From Octopus sinensis (Eukaryota): DNA of 64,000 nucleotides. The position numbers and the translations under genes were made by a program. The DNA lies in NCBI RefSeq assembly GCF_006345805.1, contig NC_043008.1:15066001-15130000 (forward strand), given 5' to 3'. The stretch's first letter is position 1. Each line of letters begins with the position of its first letter. The notes beneath the pieces were generated by a model. The model searched no databases, was not told where the DNA came from, and saw only the letters and a program-made list of their open reading frames with translations. Shown in pieces: positions 48,411-61,221 of this stretch.

Positions 48411-48835
48411 TTTTACTCTTTTACTCTTTTACTCTTTTACTTGTTTCAGTCATTTGACTGCGGCCATGCTGGAGCACCGCCTTTAATCGAACAAATCGAC
48501 CCCAGGACTTATTCTTTGTAAGCCCAGTACTTATTCTATCGGTCTCTTTTGCCGAACCGCTAAGTGACGGGGACGTAAACACACCAGCATCGGTTGTCAA
48601 GCAATGCTAGGGGGACAAACACAGACACACAAACACACACACACATACATATATATATACACATACATATATACGACGGGCTTCTTTCAGTTTCCGTCTA
48701 CCAATCCACTCACAAGGCATTGGTCGGCCCGGGGCTATAGCAGAAGACACTTGCCCAAGGTGCCACGCAGTGGGATTGAACCCGGAACCATGTGGTTGGT
48801 TAGCAAGCTACTTACCACACAGCCACTCCTGCGCC
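48411..48835 (-). mobile_element. Family B SINE (full length)
   Basis: Reverse complement of ggcgcaggagtggctgtgtggtaagtagcttgct...gactgaaacaag(taaaagag)n. Confidence 0.93.
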
Positions 48836-49084
48836 TATTTAATTATTTAATTAGTACGTATTTCATATAGCAATTTGCTAAGAATAATTTCGTGGAACAT
48901 AAGTTTTGACTTTCGGTAAGTGACTCATTAGTTTACGGAATTTCTGTTGGCCAATACTGACAATGGACCGCGTGAAATTGGTACGAATAATTTCCTTCTT
49001 GCAAAGGGGCTTGCATTGGAAAGCAACCTATAGGCATCACTATTTACAACCATCGACGATACAACACACACATATATATATAGC

Positions 49085-49280
49085 GAGGGCGCATGACCTA
49101 GCAATCTTGAGTTCAATTCCTAGACCTTTTGGTGCGTTGTAGTATTGAGCAACACTCTTCATCTCACCTTGCTCTGCGATCATGTCGACATCTGACGCGT
49201 GGTACACAGTGCATCTGTTCAGAGACAACGTCGATTTGATGGAGGGAGTGAGCTAATGTACAACACTTACATTTGATCAC
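49085..49280 (+). mobile_element. Family E SINE with internally deleted tRNA head
   Basis: gagggcgcatgacctag joined directly to gagttcaattcc; CORE-like ttgagcaacactcttcatctcaccttgctc; ends ...tttgatcac(at)n. Confidence 0.6.
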
Positions 49281-49296
49281 ATATATATATATACAT

Positions 49297-49580
49297 GGAG
49301 GCGCAATGGCCTAGTGGTTAGGGCAGCGGACACGCGGTCGTAGGATCGCGGTTTCGATTCCCAGACCGGGTGTTGTGAGTGTTTATTGAGCGAAAACACC
49401 ATAAAGCTCCACGAAGCTCCGGCAGGGGGTGGTGATCCCTGCTGTACTCTTTCACCACTCTTTCTTCTGTTGGCCTGCTCGCTTAGCCAGCGGGGTGGCG
49501 TCATTCGAAGGCTAAAACAATGCGAACGCATTGTGACCAGCGATGTGTAACAACATCTGATGGGCTGGTCGGTCACGTGA
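49297..49580 (+). mobile_element. tRNA-derived SINE, family C (full length)
   Basis: A-box tggcctagtgg at 49307-49317; B-box gtttcgattcc at 49351-49361; ends ggtcggtcacgtga followed by (TA)n; sits in the (TA)n tail of the family E copy. Confidence 0.9.
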
Positions 49581-49591
49581 TATATATATAT

Positions 49592-49641
<50 letters not shown>

Positions 49642-50619
49642 CATATATCGTTCGTGATAAACATAAATCCAGAGAAGAAGCACACTTTAAGATGTAGATT
49701 AGTGTATAGGTCTTAGGCTAACGGGTTTTGTGGTCTGACGATACGCCATAAAGATAAAGCATTTATGGGCAGGAAACCCAGGGTAATCCCATGAATCGGC
49801 GTTCCCCATTAATAGGTTAGAAACCGGCTCTTTCCCTTATTGGCAAGAAATCTTGAAATAATCACAGACATAGATACATAAGTGTGTGTGTGTGTGTGTG
49901 TATGAATGTGTGTATGTGCATCCTGCGTGCGTGTGTGTATGGTCACCAATAATACACAACTTCTAACAATGCCGTACAACGCTTAAACACTCAACCCTCT
50001 TGGACGGAAATAATGTAACAAGTGGAGATAACTGATGTATGCTTTTGTAGGTTATATTGTCCTACATAAAACTTTATTTGTACTTTAAGGATACAATCAA
50101 TGAATGAGGGTGAGATTTCTACTGAAGAAATTCAAGTAGAAGAAAACAAGAAAAGTAAAGGCGAGCCCCGAAATTCTCACTGCCATGCAAGCATTATATT
50201 TAAGAATCTCACGTAAAGATATCCCATATTTATCGAAAGAGAACAATGAAAGAGGAATCAATAGAATAAAAGCCGCATACATATTCATAACTCCATTATG
50301 TTATGTTATGTTGAATGAATCACTTGTTCATTTCATACTATGTTGAAGTTTGTGAGTGGGCGAAACGTATTCTATGCCAGCCATTATCAGGTCTATGAAC
50401 ATCATGCTCTTTGATAAACTGTTTAATGTCCCCTCCACTTCTCTCTCTCTTTCTCTCTCTCTCTGTCTCTGTCTCTCTTTCTCTCTTATTCAGAGAAAGG
50501 ATTATGATGAGATAAGAATCTAATAACATTTAGAGCACTTCCAAAAACGACGGCTGCCACCACTAACATTCATGCGGCTGTAGCCCCCACCGCCCGCCAA
50601 TACTACCACTGCTACCATC

Positions 50620-51345
50620 GGCTACCAGAAGTAGCAGCAGCAGCACCACCACCGCCACCGCCATCGCCGCCGCCGCCACCAACACCACTATGACCACCAC
50701 CACCACCATGACCACCACCATGACCACCACCACTATGACCACCACCATGACCACCACCACCACCACCACAACAACAACAACAACAACACCATTACTACCA
50801 ACACCACCACCACCACCACCACCACCATCAGCAGCACCACCACCACCACCAACAACAACACCACCACCACCATCTGAGCCGCAAGCGCAGCCGCCGTCTC
50901 CACAGCACAAACACTTCCGTCTCGACCACAAACGCTGCCGCTGCTACCACAGCTGTCAGTACCATTAATACCACCACCATCACCACCTTCACCGCCACTA
51001 CCACACTACCACCTCCAGCTTTACCAGCACCGGCACCAGTCACACTAATACCTACACCACAATCGCCATCATCATCATCATCAACATCATCAGCTGCTGC
51101 AGCAGCCAGAACCAGCACCAGCACCATCACCACTACCACCACACACACCACTTCCCCATCAGCATTACCATTCAAACCACCACCAGAATTTCCACCCCCA
51201 TCACAACCATAACTAAAACCAAGAATAAGAGCAACAATGCCACCGCCATCACCAGCACCACCACCACCACCACCACCACAGCTACCACAAGTACTACCAC
51301 CACCATCACCACCACCTACACCACTACCAACGGACAACAACAATA
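50620..51345. repeat. (CCA/ACC)n-based compound trinucleotide low-complexity region
   Basis: The poly-T/P/G/V ORFs at 50563-51376 are its translations. Confidence 0.88.
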
Positions 51346-52001
51346 GCAATAACCGTATACTTTGTAATTCTGCCAAATGTAAAGATTAGATTCTCCAGTT
51401 ACTTATCTGACACGAAGAAGTTTTCAATCAGAATGTTTGGAATAAAATAGAGCTATCTTTATCGATGTATACAATTGCGTGTGAAGTATTCCAACAACAA
51501 ACACACTAGAACCACAATCAGTTCATTGCTGCAAGCCACTTAGAATGATCCTCTCGTTATTCAAAAATGCCTCATACTTCTAATATCTGTCTATATTATT
51601 GAATATCTCAGAAGCTCCATACAATATACTATACTGATTGTTCGTTCATTTCTAGGTAAGGGGGCATAGTTTAATAGTTTTATTATTATATTGATTTTTG
51701 GACAGCCAATAAGATATAATAATGCAATGCTAGCCGTTTTCCAGCGTTATTCATAAAATCCTGCAACCGGCATTTAGCTGTCAAGTCGTTCAGTGGTAAA
51801 AGAACAAACTAGTTTATGGTATCATTTCTCCTTTTTATGATTATTTATTTCTTCGCACATCGGTGACCTGCTCGTTTGTTATTCTTAAAATACTCTGGCA
51901 GATTCGAACGTGAATATGCTATTCGCTGTTACGTTTTGTCACAGGAAAACAACTTCTCTTTTACGTCAAATATGTATTCATAACACACCCAATTCATTAC
52001 C

Positions 52002-52239
52002 TATTTCTTTATTACCCACAAGGGGCTAAACACAGAGTGGACAAACAAGGACAGACATAGGTATTAAGTCGATTACATCGACCCCAGTGCGTAACTGGTA
52101 CTTAATTTATCGACCCCGAAAGGATGAAAGGCAAACGCGACCTCGGCGGAATTTGAACTCACAACGTAACGCAGACGAAATACCGCTAAGCATTTCGCCC
52201 GGCGTGCTAACGTTTCTGCCAGCTCGCCGCCAGCTCGCC
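52002..52239 (-). mobile_element. Family A SINE with duplicated 5' end and about 14-bp TSD
   Basis: cccaattcattacc at 51988-52001 and 52238-52251; minus-strand head reads ggcgagctg-gcggcgagctggcagaaacg. Confidence 0.93.
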
Positions 52240-52244
52240 CAATT

Positions 52245-52790
52245 CATTACCACAAGGGATTCGCACACTCGGTACTTCGACATCATTATGTCTCGTTAAT
52301 TAATTACAACCAGAGCTTATGAATTTGACAAGAGGTTTTACCTCTTGCTAATAACTTCAGATAACAAATGGATTGTTCTTGCGTTTTTTAAATCTAGAAA
52401 CATTGCTAAGTTTTGTAATAGTAAATTGTAATTAGTTCAACATGGTAGCACCTTACTTGTACCTATTTAATTTTTATTAAAGCTAGTGAGGTGTATTGCT
52501 AAGTTGAAGACATTACCACGAGCGATACGGACAATCGGTATTTCGACATCATTGTGTCTAGTTAGTAAAATGCAACCGAGACTAACGAATTGAACAAGAG
52601 GTTGTAGCTCTTGTTTATTACTTCAGCTAACAAATAGACGCCTGTTGCGTCTGTTTAATCTAGGAACCACGCTAACGTTTGTAATTGTAAATTGTAATCA
52701 ATTCGACTTGATACCGCAGGTTATTGGTACTTATTTGATTCCAGTCAAATCTGGTGACTTGTATGACTAAGGTGAAATCAGCCATGGTTA
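52245..52790. repeat. Divergent two-copy tandem repeat, period about 267 bp
   Basis: cattaccac.ag.gat.cg.aca.tcggta.ttcgacatcatt.tgtct.gtt...caacc...acaagaggtt...ctcttg...acttcag.taacaaat...gtaaattgtaat recurs at about 52246 and 52513. Confidence 0.85.
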
Positions 52791-52900
52791 AATTCAGAAT
52801 GCGCAAAGAAATTTAATACGGAATGAATTCAGCGAAACTTCCACTGTTTCCGCTTTAATTATAATCAATAATCAAAGATTTCAATCTATATGCCCTACAA

Positions 52901-53108
52901 GGTGACGAGCTTGCAGAATCGGTATTACGCCGGGCAAAATACTTAGTGGTATTTCACCTGTCTTTACGTTCCGAGTTCAAATTCTGCCGAGGTCGACTCT
53001 GCCTTTCATTATTTCGGGACCGATAAAATAAGTACCAGTTGAACACCTTGATCGATGACATCGACTTAGCCCCACGGAAAGCTGAGGACCTTGAGCCCAA
53101 ATTTGAAA

Positions 53109-53110
<2 letters not shown>
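52901..53110 (+). mobile_element. Family A SINE, A2-tail variant
   Basis: ggtgacgagcttgcagaatcg...gagttcaaattc.gccgaggtcgac...taagtaccagt..., tail ...ccttgagcccaaatttgaaac. Confidence 0.8.
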
Positions 53111-53158
<48 letters not shown>

Positions 53159-53614
53159 TATATATTTTATACATATTTTTATTATTCAGGTCACTGCCTG
53201 CAATCGAGCCCGCGTTCTTAACCATTACGCCATATGCCTGTGTTAACAACAAACAAGATGAGAACAAATATACGTCAAATTTAAATACTGTAAATAATGT
53301 ACATAATTCCTCATCTCTTAAATATACAACTGCAAAAAGAAATAAAGATGAAGATAAGTGATACTTTTGTTTCTCTTAAAGATATACGTGTACTAAGTAA
53401 AGTAAATTATTTCTAGCAAAATTTAATGATTCTCAGTTCAGCCCATTTTATCATTTCTAGTGATCGCACGATGAAGACTAAACACACAACCGCACAAACA
53501 CACACACACACACACACAAGCACGTGTGTTCGCGTACACATATTTTAGTTTGTTCCTTTTGATATTGTATGTCTTGTAATGCATTGAGGTAAATGAAGAA
53601 TGTATTAAAATGTT

Positions 53615-53908
53615 GGCAGTGTGGTTAAAAAGCTCGCATTGCAGCCACATGGTTTCAGGTTCAGTCCTACTGCGCGTCAACTCGAGCAAGTGTCTTCTAC
53701 TACAGTCCCGGTTTGTTTACGTCTTTGCGACTTAGCGTTTCGGCAAAAAATAATTGAAAACTGATAGGATAATTACTAGGCTTAAAAAAACAACAACAAC
53801 AACGAAAAAGAAACCCCATAAGTACTTTGAATCGATTTGTTCGACTATGAATTCTTCAAGGCGGTGCCCCAGCATGGCCGCAGTCAAAAGACTGAAACAG
53901 TTTAAAGA
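53615..53908 (+). mobile_element. Older family B-like SINE with internal deletion
   Basis: ccacatggtttcaggttcagtcc...gcaagtgtcttctactacag joined directly to tttgtttacgtc...; tail ggcggtgccccagcatggccgcagtc. Confidence 0.75.
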
Positions 53909-53961
53909 TAGATATATACGGGGTGGCATCAACAATGTCTCAGGAGTAGTCATGTTTAATG

Positions 53962-54111
53962 AGGAGTGGCTGTGTGGTAAGTAGCTTGCTTACGAACCAC
54001 ATGGTTCCGGGTTCAGTCAAACTGCGGGGCACCTTGGGCTTCTACTATAGCTTCCGGCCGACCAAAGCCTTGTGAGTGAATTTGGTGGATGGAAACTGAA
54101 AGAAGACCATC

Positions 54112-54172
<61 letters not shown>

Positions 54173-54417
54173 CGTGTGTGTGTGTGTGTGTGTGTGTGTA
54201 TGTTTGTGTGTCTGTGCTTGTCCCCCCAACATCGTTTGACAACCGATGCTGTTGTGTTTACGTCCACGTAACTTAACGGTTCAGCAAAACAGACCGCTAG
54301 AATGAGTACTAGGCTTACTAAGAATAAGTCCTGGGGTTCGATTTGCTCGACTATAGATGGTGCTCCAGTATGGCCACAGTCACATGACTGAAACAAGTAA
54401 ACGAGTAAAAGAGTAAA
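53962..54417 (+). mobile_element. Family B SINE (full length)
   Basis: ggagtggctgtgtggtaagtagcttgc...(TA)n(TG)n...gactgaaacaagtaaacgagtaaaagag. Confidence 0.92.
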
Positions 54418-55263
54418 GTTTTAACATAAGCTGTTTTGAAATAGTCACCTTGCGCAGCACCACACCTTTTAACTAAAGGATGAAAACTATCGAGACTCAC
54501 TTTCTGTGTGCGGGAAACCATGGTAACGGGGACGGGCAAAACGCGTGAGTGACGGACTGAACACCGAACAATACATCAGTACTTACGGACTTGCTTTGAT
54601 TTCTCTGCCTATTCTGTTTTAATCTCACAAAGTTTGGCTTCACCGTTTTTTTTTTTTATCTCTTTGAAGAAATGGAACATTTGTTATGTATTGAATTCAG
54701 AACTTGAAAAAAATCGCCTCGAGTAAATATTTTGTCTTATATTACGTTTGTTTCATTCGCTACTGATAAAATAATTATAATATACTAATATGTTGAGACC
54801 GATTCAATCGTCAATTCTTGTAATATTAAACAGAAAAAATAGGCATATGGTTGAAAGTACAAAGAATAAATAACCAAGCAAAAAAAAAAATAATAATAAA
54901 AAAACACGCAATAAAAGAAAGGCAAAAAATCTCCCCCAAAGATATGAAAAGAACAGAAAGAAAAGCTGTTTTTAATAAAATTCGAATGTAAAAGCAAATT
55001 TAAATAAACATAGAGACAGGAAAAATAGTAAAATTATGTTGCTAAAACTCGTGTTGGTTACTGAAATATCGCTATTGAACGTATTACATCGAACTTTATG
55101 AATAAAGTGGAATAATCGAATCATACAGCATTTTAGCATTTTTTCCTTCCTATTCTAATAAAGGCGAGAGATATGTAGGTTTTGATATGAATTTGAGATT
55201 ATTGATAAGGAAAATACTCTAGTTTTAATGTCGAGGTTATTTCTACTAAGCTTATAACCTTAA

Positions 55264-55341
55264 ATACACACACACACAGACACACACACGCACACACACA
55301 CACTCGCACGCACACACACACACATACACACACACACACAT

Positions 55342-55378
<37 letters not shown>

Positions 55379-55465
55379 TACACACACATGCACACACATA
55401 CGCACGCACACACACACACACACGCACACACAGACACACACACACACACGCACACACACACACCA
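55264..55465. repeat. (CA)n microsatellite
   Basis: About 200 bp of ca with cg/ta variants. Confidence 0.95.
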
Positions 55466-55967
55466 CATACGGCATTTTCGCATACGTACACGCAAGCAGC
55501 AAGCACGTGCGTGTACACAAACAATCCCCGGAAACAAGGACAAGACAAATTACATTGAGCAGATATAACATGATAGCAGAATATATAAATATTTTATTTT
55601 GAATGTAATTTTAATATTAGGAAAACTGAAATGGCGTTGTTGTACGCAATCCGTTTACACACACACACACACGCGCGCGCGCACACACAGAGATACGCAT
55701 ACATAAAAACAAATGTACATCTTGATGGCGTTGCTTAGCCTCCAGGTTACACCTGATTGGACGAAACTATGAGCAATGGCGGCATTCAACCAATAGTTAT
55801 TCAGTATTTTTCTCATGCTTAATATACGTGGGACAACATACATACACACATGCACACTCATACATATATAAAACATACATATATGCATACATACATACAT
55901 ATATGTATACATACATGCATACTTACATTCGTACATACATTCTTGCATACATAAACACACACATATT

Positions 55968-56002
<35 letters not shown>

Positions 56003-56028
56003 GTATATATATATATATGTATACATAC

Positions 56029-56100
<72 letters not shown>

Positions 56101-57529
56101 TCATACATATATTCATTCATACATATATGCATATATATATATATATATATATAATATTCATATGTTTGTACATATATATATTATCAGTGTCATTCCTTTC
56201 TAATGTCAAAAGGATGGGATCTAAGGAGATTTGACTTCTATTTCTAGCAAGCAGGAAGGTTATGTAGATGCTTCTTTTAATATTGTAATAGGTGGATTGA
56301 TCTCCTAAGGGTTCTTGCATATTTCAATCTCTCTTGTGGATCATATGTTAGGAGTGTTGATGTCGGATGCATATATGAAGAATCAACGCAATGGTTAACT
56401 CTTATCGTCGATAATTGACGATATTGTAGAGGCAGGAACGTAATCACCTCTACTGTGCCTAGCTTTTTTCTCCCGATGCAAGTGCCTCACGCCAAGTACA
56501 CTTACAACCTCTCCACCCGTGGATGCTTCACGGAGGAAAGGCAAGTTAGTGCACATGCAGCATCAACGGAGAGACAGGGGATGCCAAATATTAGATAAGT
56601 GTAGCCGTATATATCTTCAGTAGTATACTACCCGCTACATTTTCTGCAGGGCGTTACTCCTGTAGGTTTTTTTAAACCCTTAATAAATCATACTACAACG
56701 CACGAAGCATTTATTATTATTGGGGGCATTATTTGTGCTGGGCTAATCCCATTCTCTTGGCCCCCAATTTTGTATTGGTCTGGACTCAACAAATCCCGCG
56801 AGCCCAGTAATTATCAGAATGCAAGATATGTATGGAGTTACCTTCCCTTAGACGAATATCTAAAGATCAGGAGGGGCTGATCTGTTCTGGCACCTTTTGG
56901 TGCGTCTTAAAGAGACGTCCTTTCAGGAGTGAGATGTAATATGGTTCTCTGATAGATTCTGCCAACCTTCACTTCATGTTATGTACAAAATTATACTCAC
57001 TTGTTACAAAGAAGACAGAAACTAAAAGATATTCGTATATTATATACCAAGAGAATTAGCAACTAAGAGCTAAGAAAATTACCTTTAGCATTGTGTTTTT
57101 ATATATGTTTTATTATTTACGTGAAAATACGACAGTGGCTATTGCTCTTGCTTCTTTTCTATTTTACCACAGACCATTACAATATAGTTTTCTATGACAT
57201 TGGTAGTTACTTTCTTTGGTGAAAGCAAGATTGTTGAAATCTAATTATTTCAATGTAAAAGTATTAAAAGACAGTAACATGAAGTTTTATATGTAGAGAG
57301 ATTGGAAAACAATTTGTTTCTTTTCAAGTTTATCAGATTTCATTATTTCCCAGAGAGACAGGTGATATTATTAATGAGCTCAGAATACATGACGTAATAA
57401 CACTGTTATTGACCTAATGGACGCCTATGTCTAGCATGGTTAGTTTATAAATGACTGTGAGTGTGTACTTCAAAATTTTAGAAGAAATTGCCTAGCTTCC
57501 TCGAGGTCTTTTAATTTCAGTACAAGCAT

Positions 57530-57690
57530 ACCCGTGTGGTTAAGGAACTCGCTTTGCAGCTACGTGGTTTCAAGTTCAATCCAAATAGGTGCGGCACCTT
57601 GGGCAAGTGTCTTCTATCTTGTAGCTCTGTGTCGATCAATGCTATATACGTGAATTGGGTAGACGGAAATTGTAGCAGAAGACCATCATA
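57530..57690 (+). mobile_element. Family B-like SINE, 5' half
   Basis: gtgtggttaag...gcggcaccttgggcaagtgtcttcta...ggtagacggaaa. Confidence 0.7.
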
Positions 57691-58052
57691 CACAGATTTC
57701 ATTCTGCCACTCATCATGGGGAAGCTGCACAGCTGACAACCTAATCTTTAGCCACTGGACAACATACAAACGACTCCCGTCCACTCTCACACCAGGGAGA
57801 TTAAATTTGGAGTGCCTTGATTGTAGCTAAACATGTTCACTCAACCGTGTCGACCTTCAATTGTTTCAGCTCTTTTTAAAATCACTTAAAACACACACAC
57901 ACACACACATATTGTTAAGATATTTTTCATATCAGGAAACCAATGGTAGCTTTAAAGATTCTAGCCTTCACTGTGGTGTTGAGCACTCAATCTTGATGTT
58001 CGATATTTACACACACATATATAATATTATTTAAGAATATTGATATATATAT

Positions 58053-58083
<31 letters not shown>

Positions 58084-58620
58084 ATAAGAGTAGAAATTAA
58101 TATTATTAAATAATATTATTATATATAATATCAATTTCAACCAGTGGTCAGCATACTTAAAAAAAACATCCAAGGCCCGTGAATTCTATTTAAATATAAA
58201 CAATAGAAGATACCACTATGTGGATCCCTAGTATGCTAAATTAGACGTCAAACCGTCTTACCACGAAATCTACGTTCTCATATTAGCAAGAGGCTAGAAG
58301 GTTTACGAACAAGACAAGGTATGGAATTAAGTGGTATGTTTCTTTGTTTTTATTTGTCTAGCTCGTAAACATATGTTGGCTTGTTTGTGTAGCTGTAACT
58401 TAGCGATTCAGCAAACGATCCAATATTGAAGTAATTCGTTAAAAAGAAAAGCTTCGGTGTCTATGAATTCGGATAGATTAAATATATCTCATGATTATTT
58501 CTCTGAGAATGAGTATTCTTTTGATATAAAAATAATATGCTCAATATTATTATCATTATCATTAATGCATAGACATTCAATAATGAGACGTTGACATCGG
58601 GTTATATATATATATATATG

Positions 58621-58688
<68 letters not shown>

Positions 58689-59027
58689 AAACAAGACGAT
58701 TTCGTCCGCCATGTTTGCAACAAATATTTGCTCCTACAAAATGGGTGAGAGAGGGCGAAGACATTATTAAGTATGTCTTTGATGTTTAACTAAGCAATCA
58801 ACTAACATCAAAACGATAACAAATTTGTTTGCATGATTTGTTTTCTTATGATATCTTAATTGTTGTAAATCTCTTTAACGGCGCAATCTAAAGAATGTAT
58901 TAGCGAAGTGCTGTGAAGATGGCGCCTGGTTGTGTATATATTTTATGTTATTATAAACCTCTGCCGCTATGATTTAAATATTCTGAAGGTTTCTATATTA
59001 TTTATTTATAACATTGTTTAGTATATA

Positions 59028-59240
59028 GGCGGCGAGATGGCAGAATCGTTAGTTCGCCGGACAAAATGCTTAGCGGCATATCGTCCGTCTTTACGTTTTG
59101 TGCTCGAAACATCGCCGAAGCTGACTTTACTTTTCATTCTTTCGGGGTCGATAAACTAATTACCGGTTGGGAATTGGGAGTCGATGCAATCGGCTTACAC
59201 CAACATCGAAATTGCTGGTCTTGTGCCAATATCTGATGCC
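59028..59240 (+). mobile_element. Family A SINE, A2-tail variant (older)
   Basis: ggcggcgagatggcagaatcgttag...ttcggggtcgataaa...gaaattgctggtcttgtgcca. Confidence 0.78.
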
Positions 59241-59509
59241 AATGTAAGTTTGGAATTGCACTTCTCATTGAAACTAAGTCACGTACAGCAATGTACACCA
59301 AACGTTAAACGATTAGCAGTGTTCAGAGAAGCAGGTATTCTTAGGCAATTTTGGTGCAGTAAAACACATTTTGATTAAGAAAAAAACACCCCATTAATTA
59401 TCTCCCCTTTAAGTGCATTAAACAGGTTTTCAAATCTAATTGTACATCGTTTAATAGTGTCAAGATATTAATTTATTTCACAATAATTATAATTTCATGT
59501 ACTGTAAAA

Positions 59510-59733
59510 GTTAGTTAGTTAGTTAGTTAGTTAGTTAATTTGGCTCAAAAGCAAATAGCAAGGCCATGTAGGGGGACATGGAGTTAAGTACAGGGTGGTG
59601 TTCATGTAAAGAGTTCAGGCCACTTGAGGTCCAGAGAGGCTTTGAACAAAGCGGTCGTCGGCATCTTCACCATCTCCTCTGGCAGCTTGTTCCACGGATC
59701 CGCAACCCGGACGGAGAAAGCTCCTCTCCTTCG
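59510..59733 (-). mobile_element. CR1/L2-clade LINE 3' end (5'-truncated)
   Basis: 59733-59602 reads RRRGAFSVRVADPWNKLPEEMVKMPTTALFKASLDLKWPELFT* (cf. FSxRVVxxWNxLPxxVVxAxSxxxFKxxLD), followed by a short 3' UTR and a (TAAC)n tail. Confidence 0.85.
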
Positions 59734-60412
59734 ATTGTTAATTGTAACTATCTCAGATGTACCTTATATATGCATTGATATGTATCAATCGTATAGACCA
59801 TGCCTTTTCTTTGTAGAAATACAATGTGTACATTTATGAGGCTTTAGAATGAGACGGCCATTTAACACAATTATTACTCATTTTAAAGACCATATCTGAA
59901 ATATGCTGAACGGGTGTAAACAATTTAGGGAAAACGTTGTTTCACCTTCTTTCTATAATTATGTTTTACAGATTAATCTTAAACTACTGGAACTCGGGAA
60001 AAGAAAATATTTCAAATACTAAGTTATAAAAAATTCAGGTAAATATGCAATGATTACATTTCACTATGTACAATGCATATGAAAGAGAAAAAATATATTA
60101 TCAAGTAACGATATATAAGCACATACAGACACTTGCATAATTCTGCCTTTATTACGAAGATGTATACGTGCCCATATATACACGCAAACATATACACACG
60201 CCGACACGAATCTGAACATACGCTCACATATAGAATATAATAATATATAAATATATTAATTACATATGTGTGTATATATATATATATGCATGTATTTGTC
60301 GGTACATATATATATATATATGAGCACATGTGTGACTGTGTGTCGTACGTCTGTGTATGAGATTAAATACATGCGAAATCTATGTAAGAGAAAATTATTT
60401 TTGTAATCAAGC

Positions 60413-60478
60413 AAGAAGAAGAAGAAGGAGAAGAAGAAGAAGAAGAAGAAGAACAACAACAACAACTACTACTCCTAC

Positions 60479-60519
<41 letters not shown>

Positions 60520-60545
60520 ATAATAATAATAATAATGATGATAAT
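60413..60545. repeat. (GAA)n-(CAA)n-(CTA)n-(TAA)n serial trinucleotide array
   Basis: Successive in-phase triplet runs. Confidence 0.92.
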
Positions 60546-60796
60546 ACATTCACTGACATATACGCATAATCAATCCAAACACCCCAAACGGAACACCTGC
60601 AAAATTCTTAATTATATAATTAAAAATGTTCATATAATTTATTGAATTCATATTTTAAAGGTAAACACAAATTATGTTTATTCATAATCAGATTCTAATT
60701 TGTAATTCTTACGACATGATTAGCTTATAATATTGTTTTATTTTACTCAAACGCTCAGCAGGAGTTCCCGGTAATTCGAGCTGTTATTCTTTATTT

Positions 60797-60965
60797 GAGT
60801 GGCTGTGTGGTAAAACCACATGGTTCCGGGTTCAGTCCCACTGCGTGGCATCTTGGGCTAGTGTCTTCTGCTATAGCCCCGGACCGACCAATGCCTTGTG
60901 AGTGAATTTGGTAGACGGAAACGGAAAGAAACCTGTCGTATATATGTATATATATATATATATAT

Positions 60966-60999
<34 letters not shown>

Positions 61000-61221
61000 G
61001 TGTTTGTGTGTCTGTGTTTGTCCCCCTAGCATTGCTTGACAACCGATGCTGGTGTGTTTACGTCCCCGTCACTTAGCGGTTCGGCAAAAGAGGCCGATAG
61101 AATAAGTACTGGCATTACAAAGATTAAGTCCCGGGGTCGATTTGCTCGACTAAAGGCGGTGCTCCAGCATGGCCGCAATCGAATGACTGAAACAAGTAAA
61201 AGAGTAAAAGAGTAAAAGAGT
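60797..61221 (+). mobile_element. Family B SINE (near full length)
   Basis: gagtggctgtgtggtaa, short head deletion, ...gactgaaacaag(taaaagag)3. Confidence 0.9.

Noticed and set aside
49297-49370. tRNA gene
   Set aside because: A and B boxes are present but the sequence runs on into SINE body and tail, and the head is shared with the copies at 31.8 and 63.0 kb.
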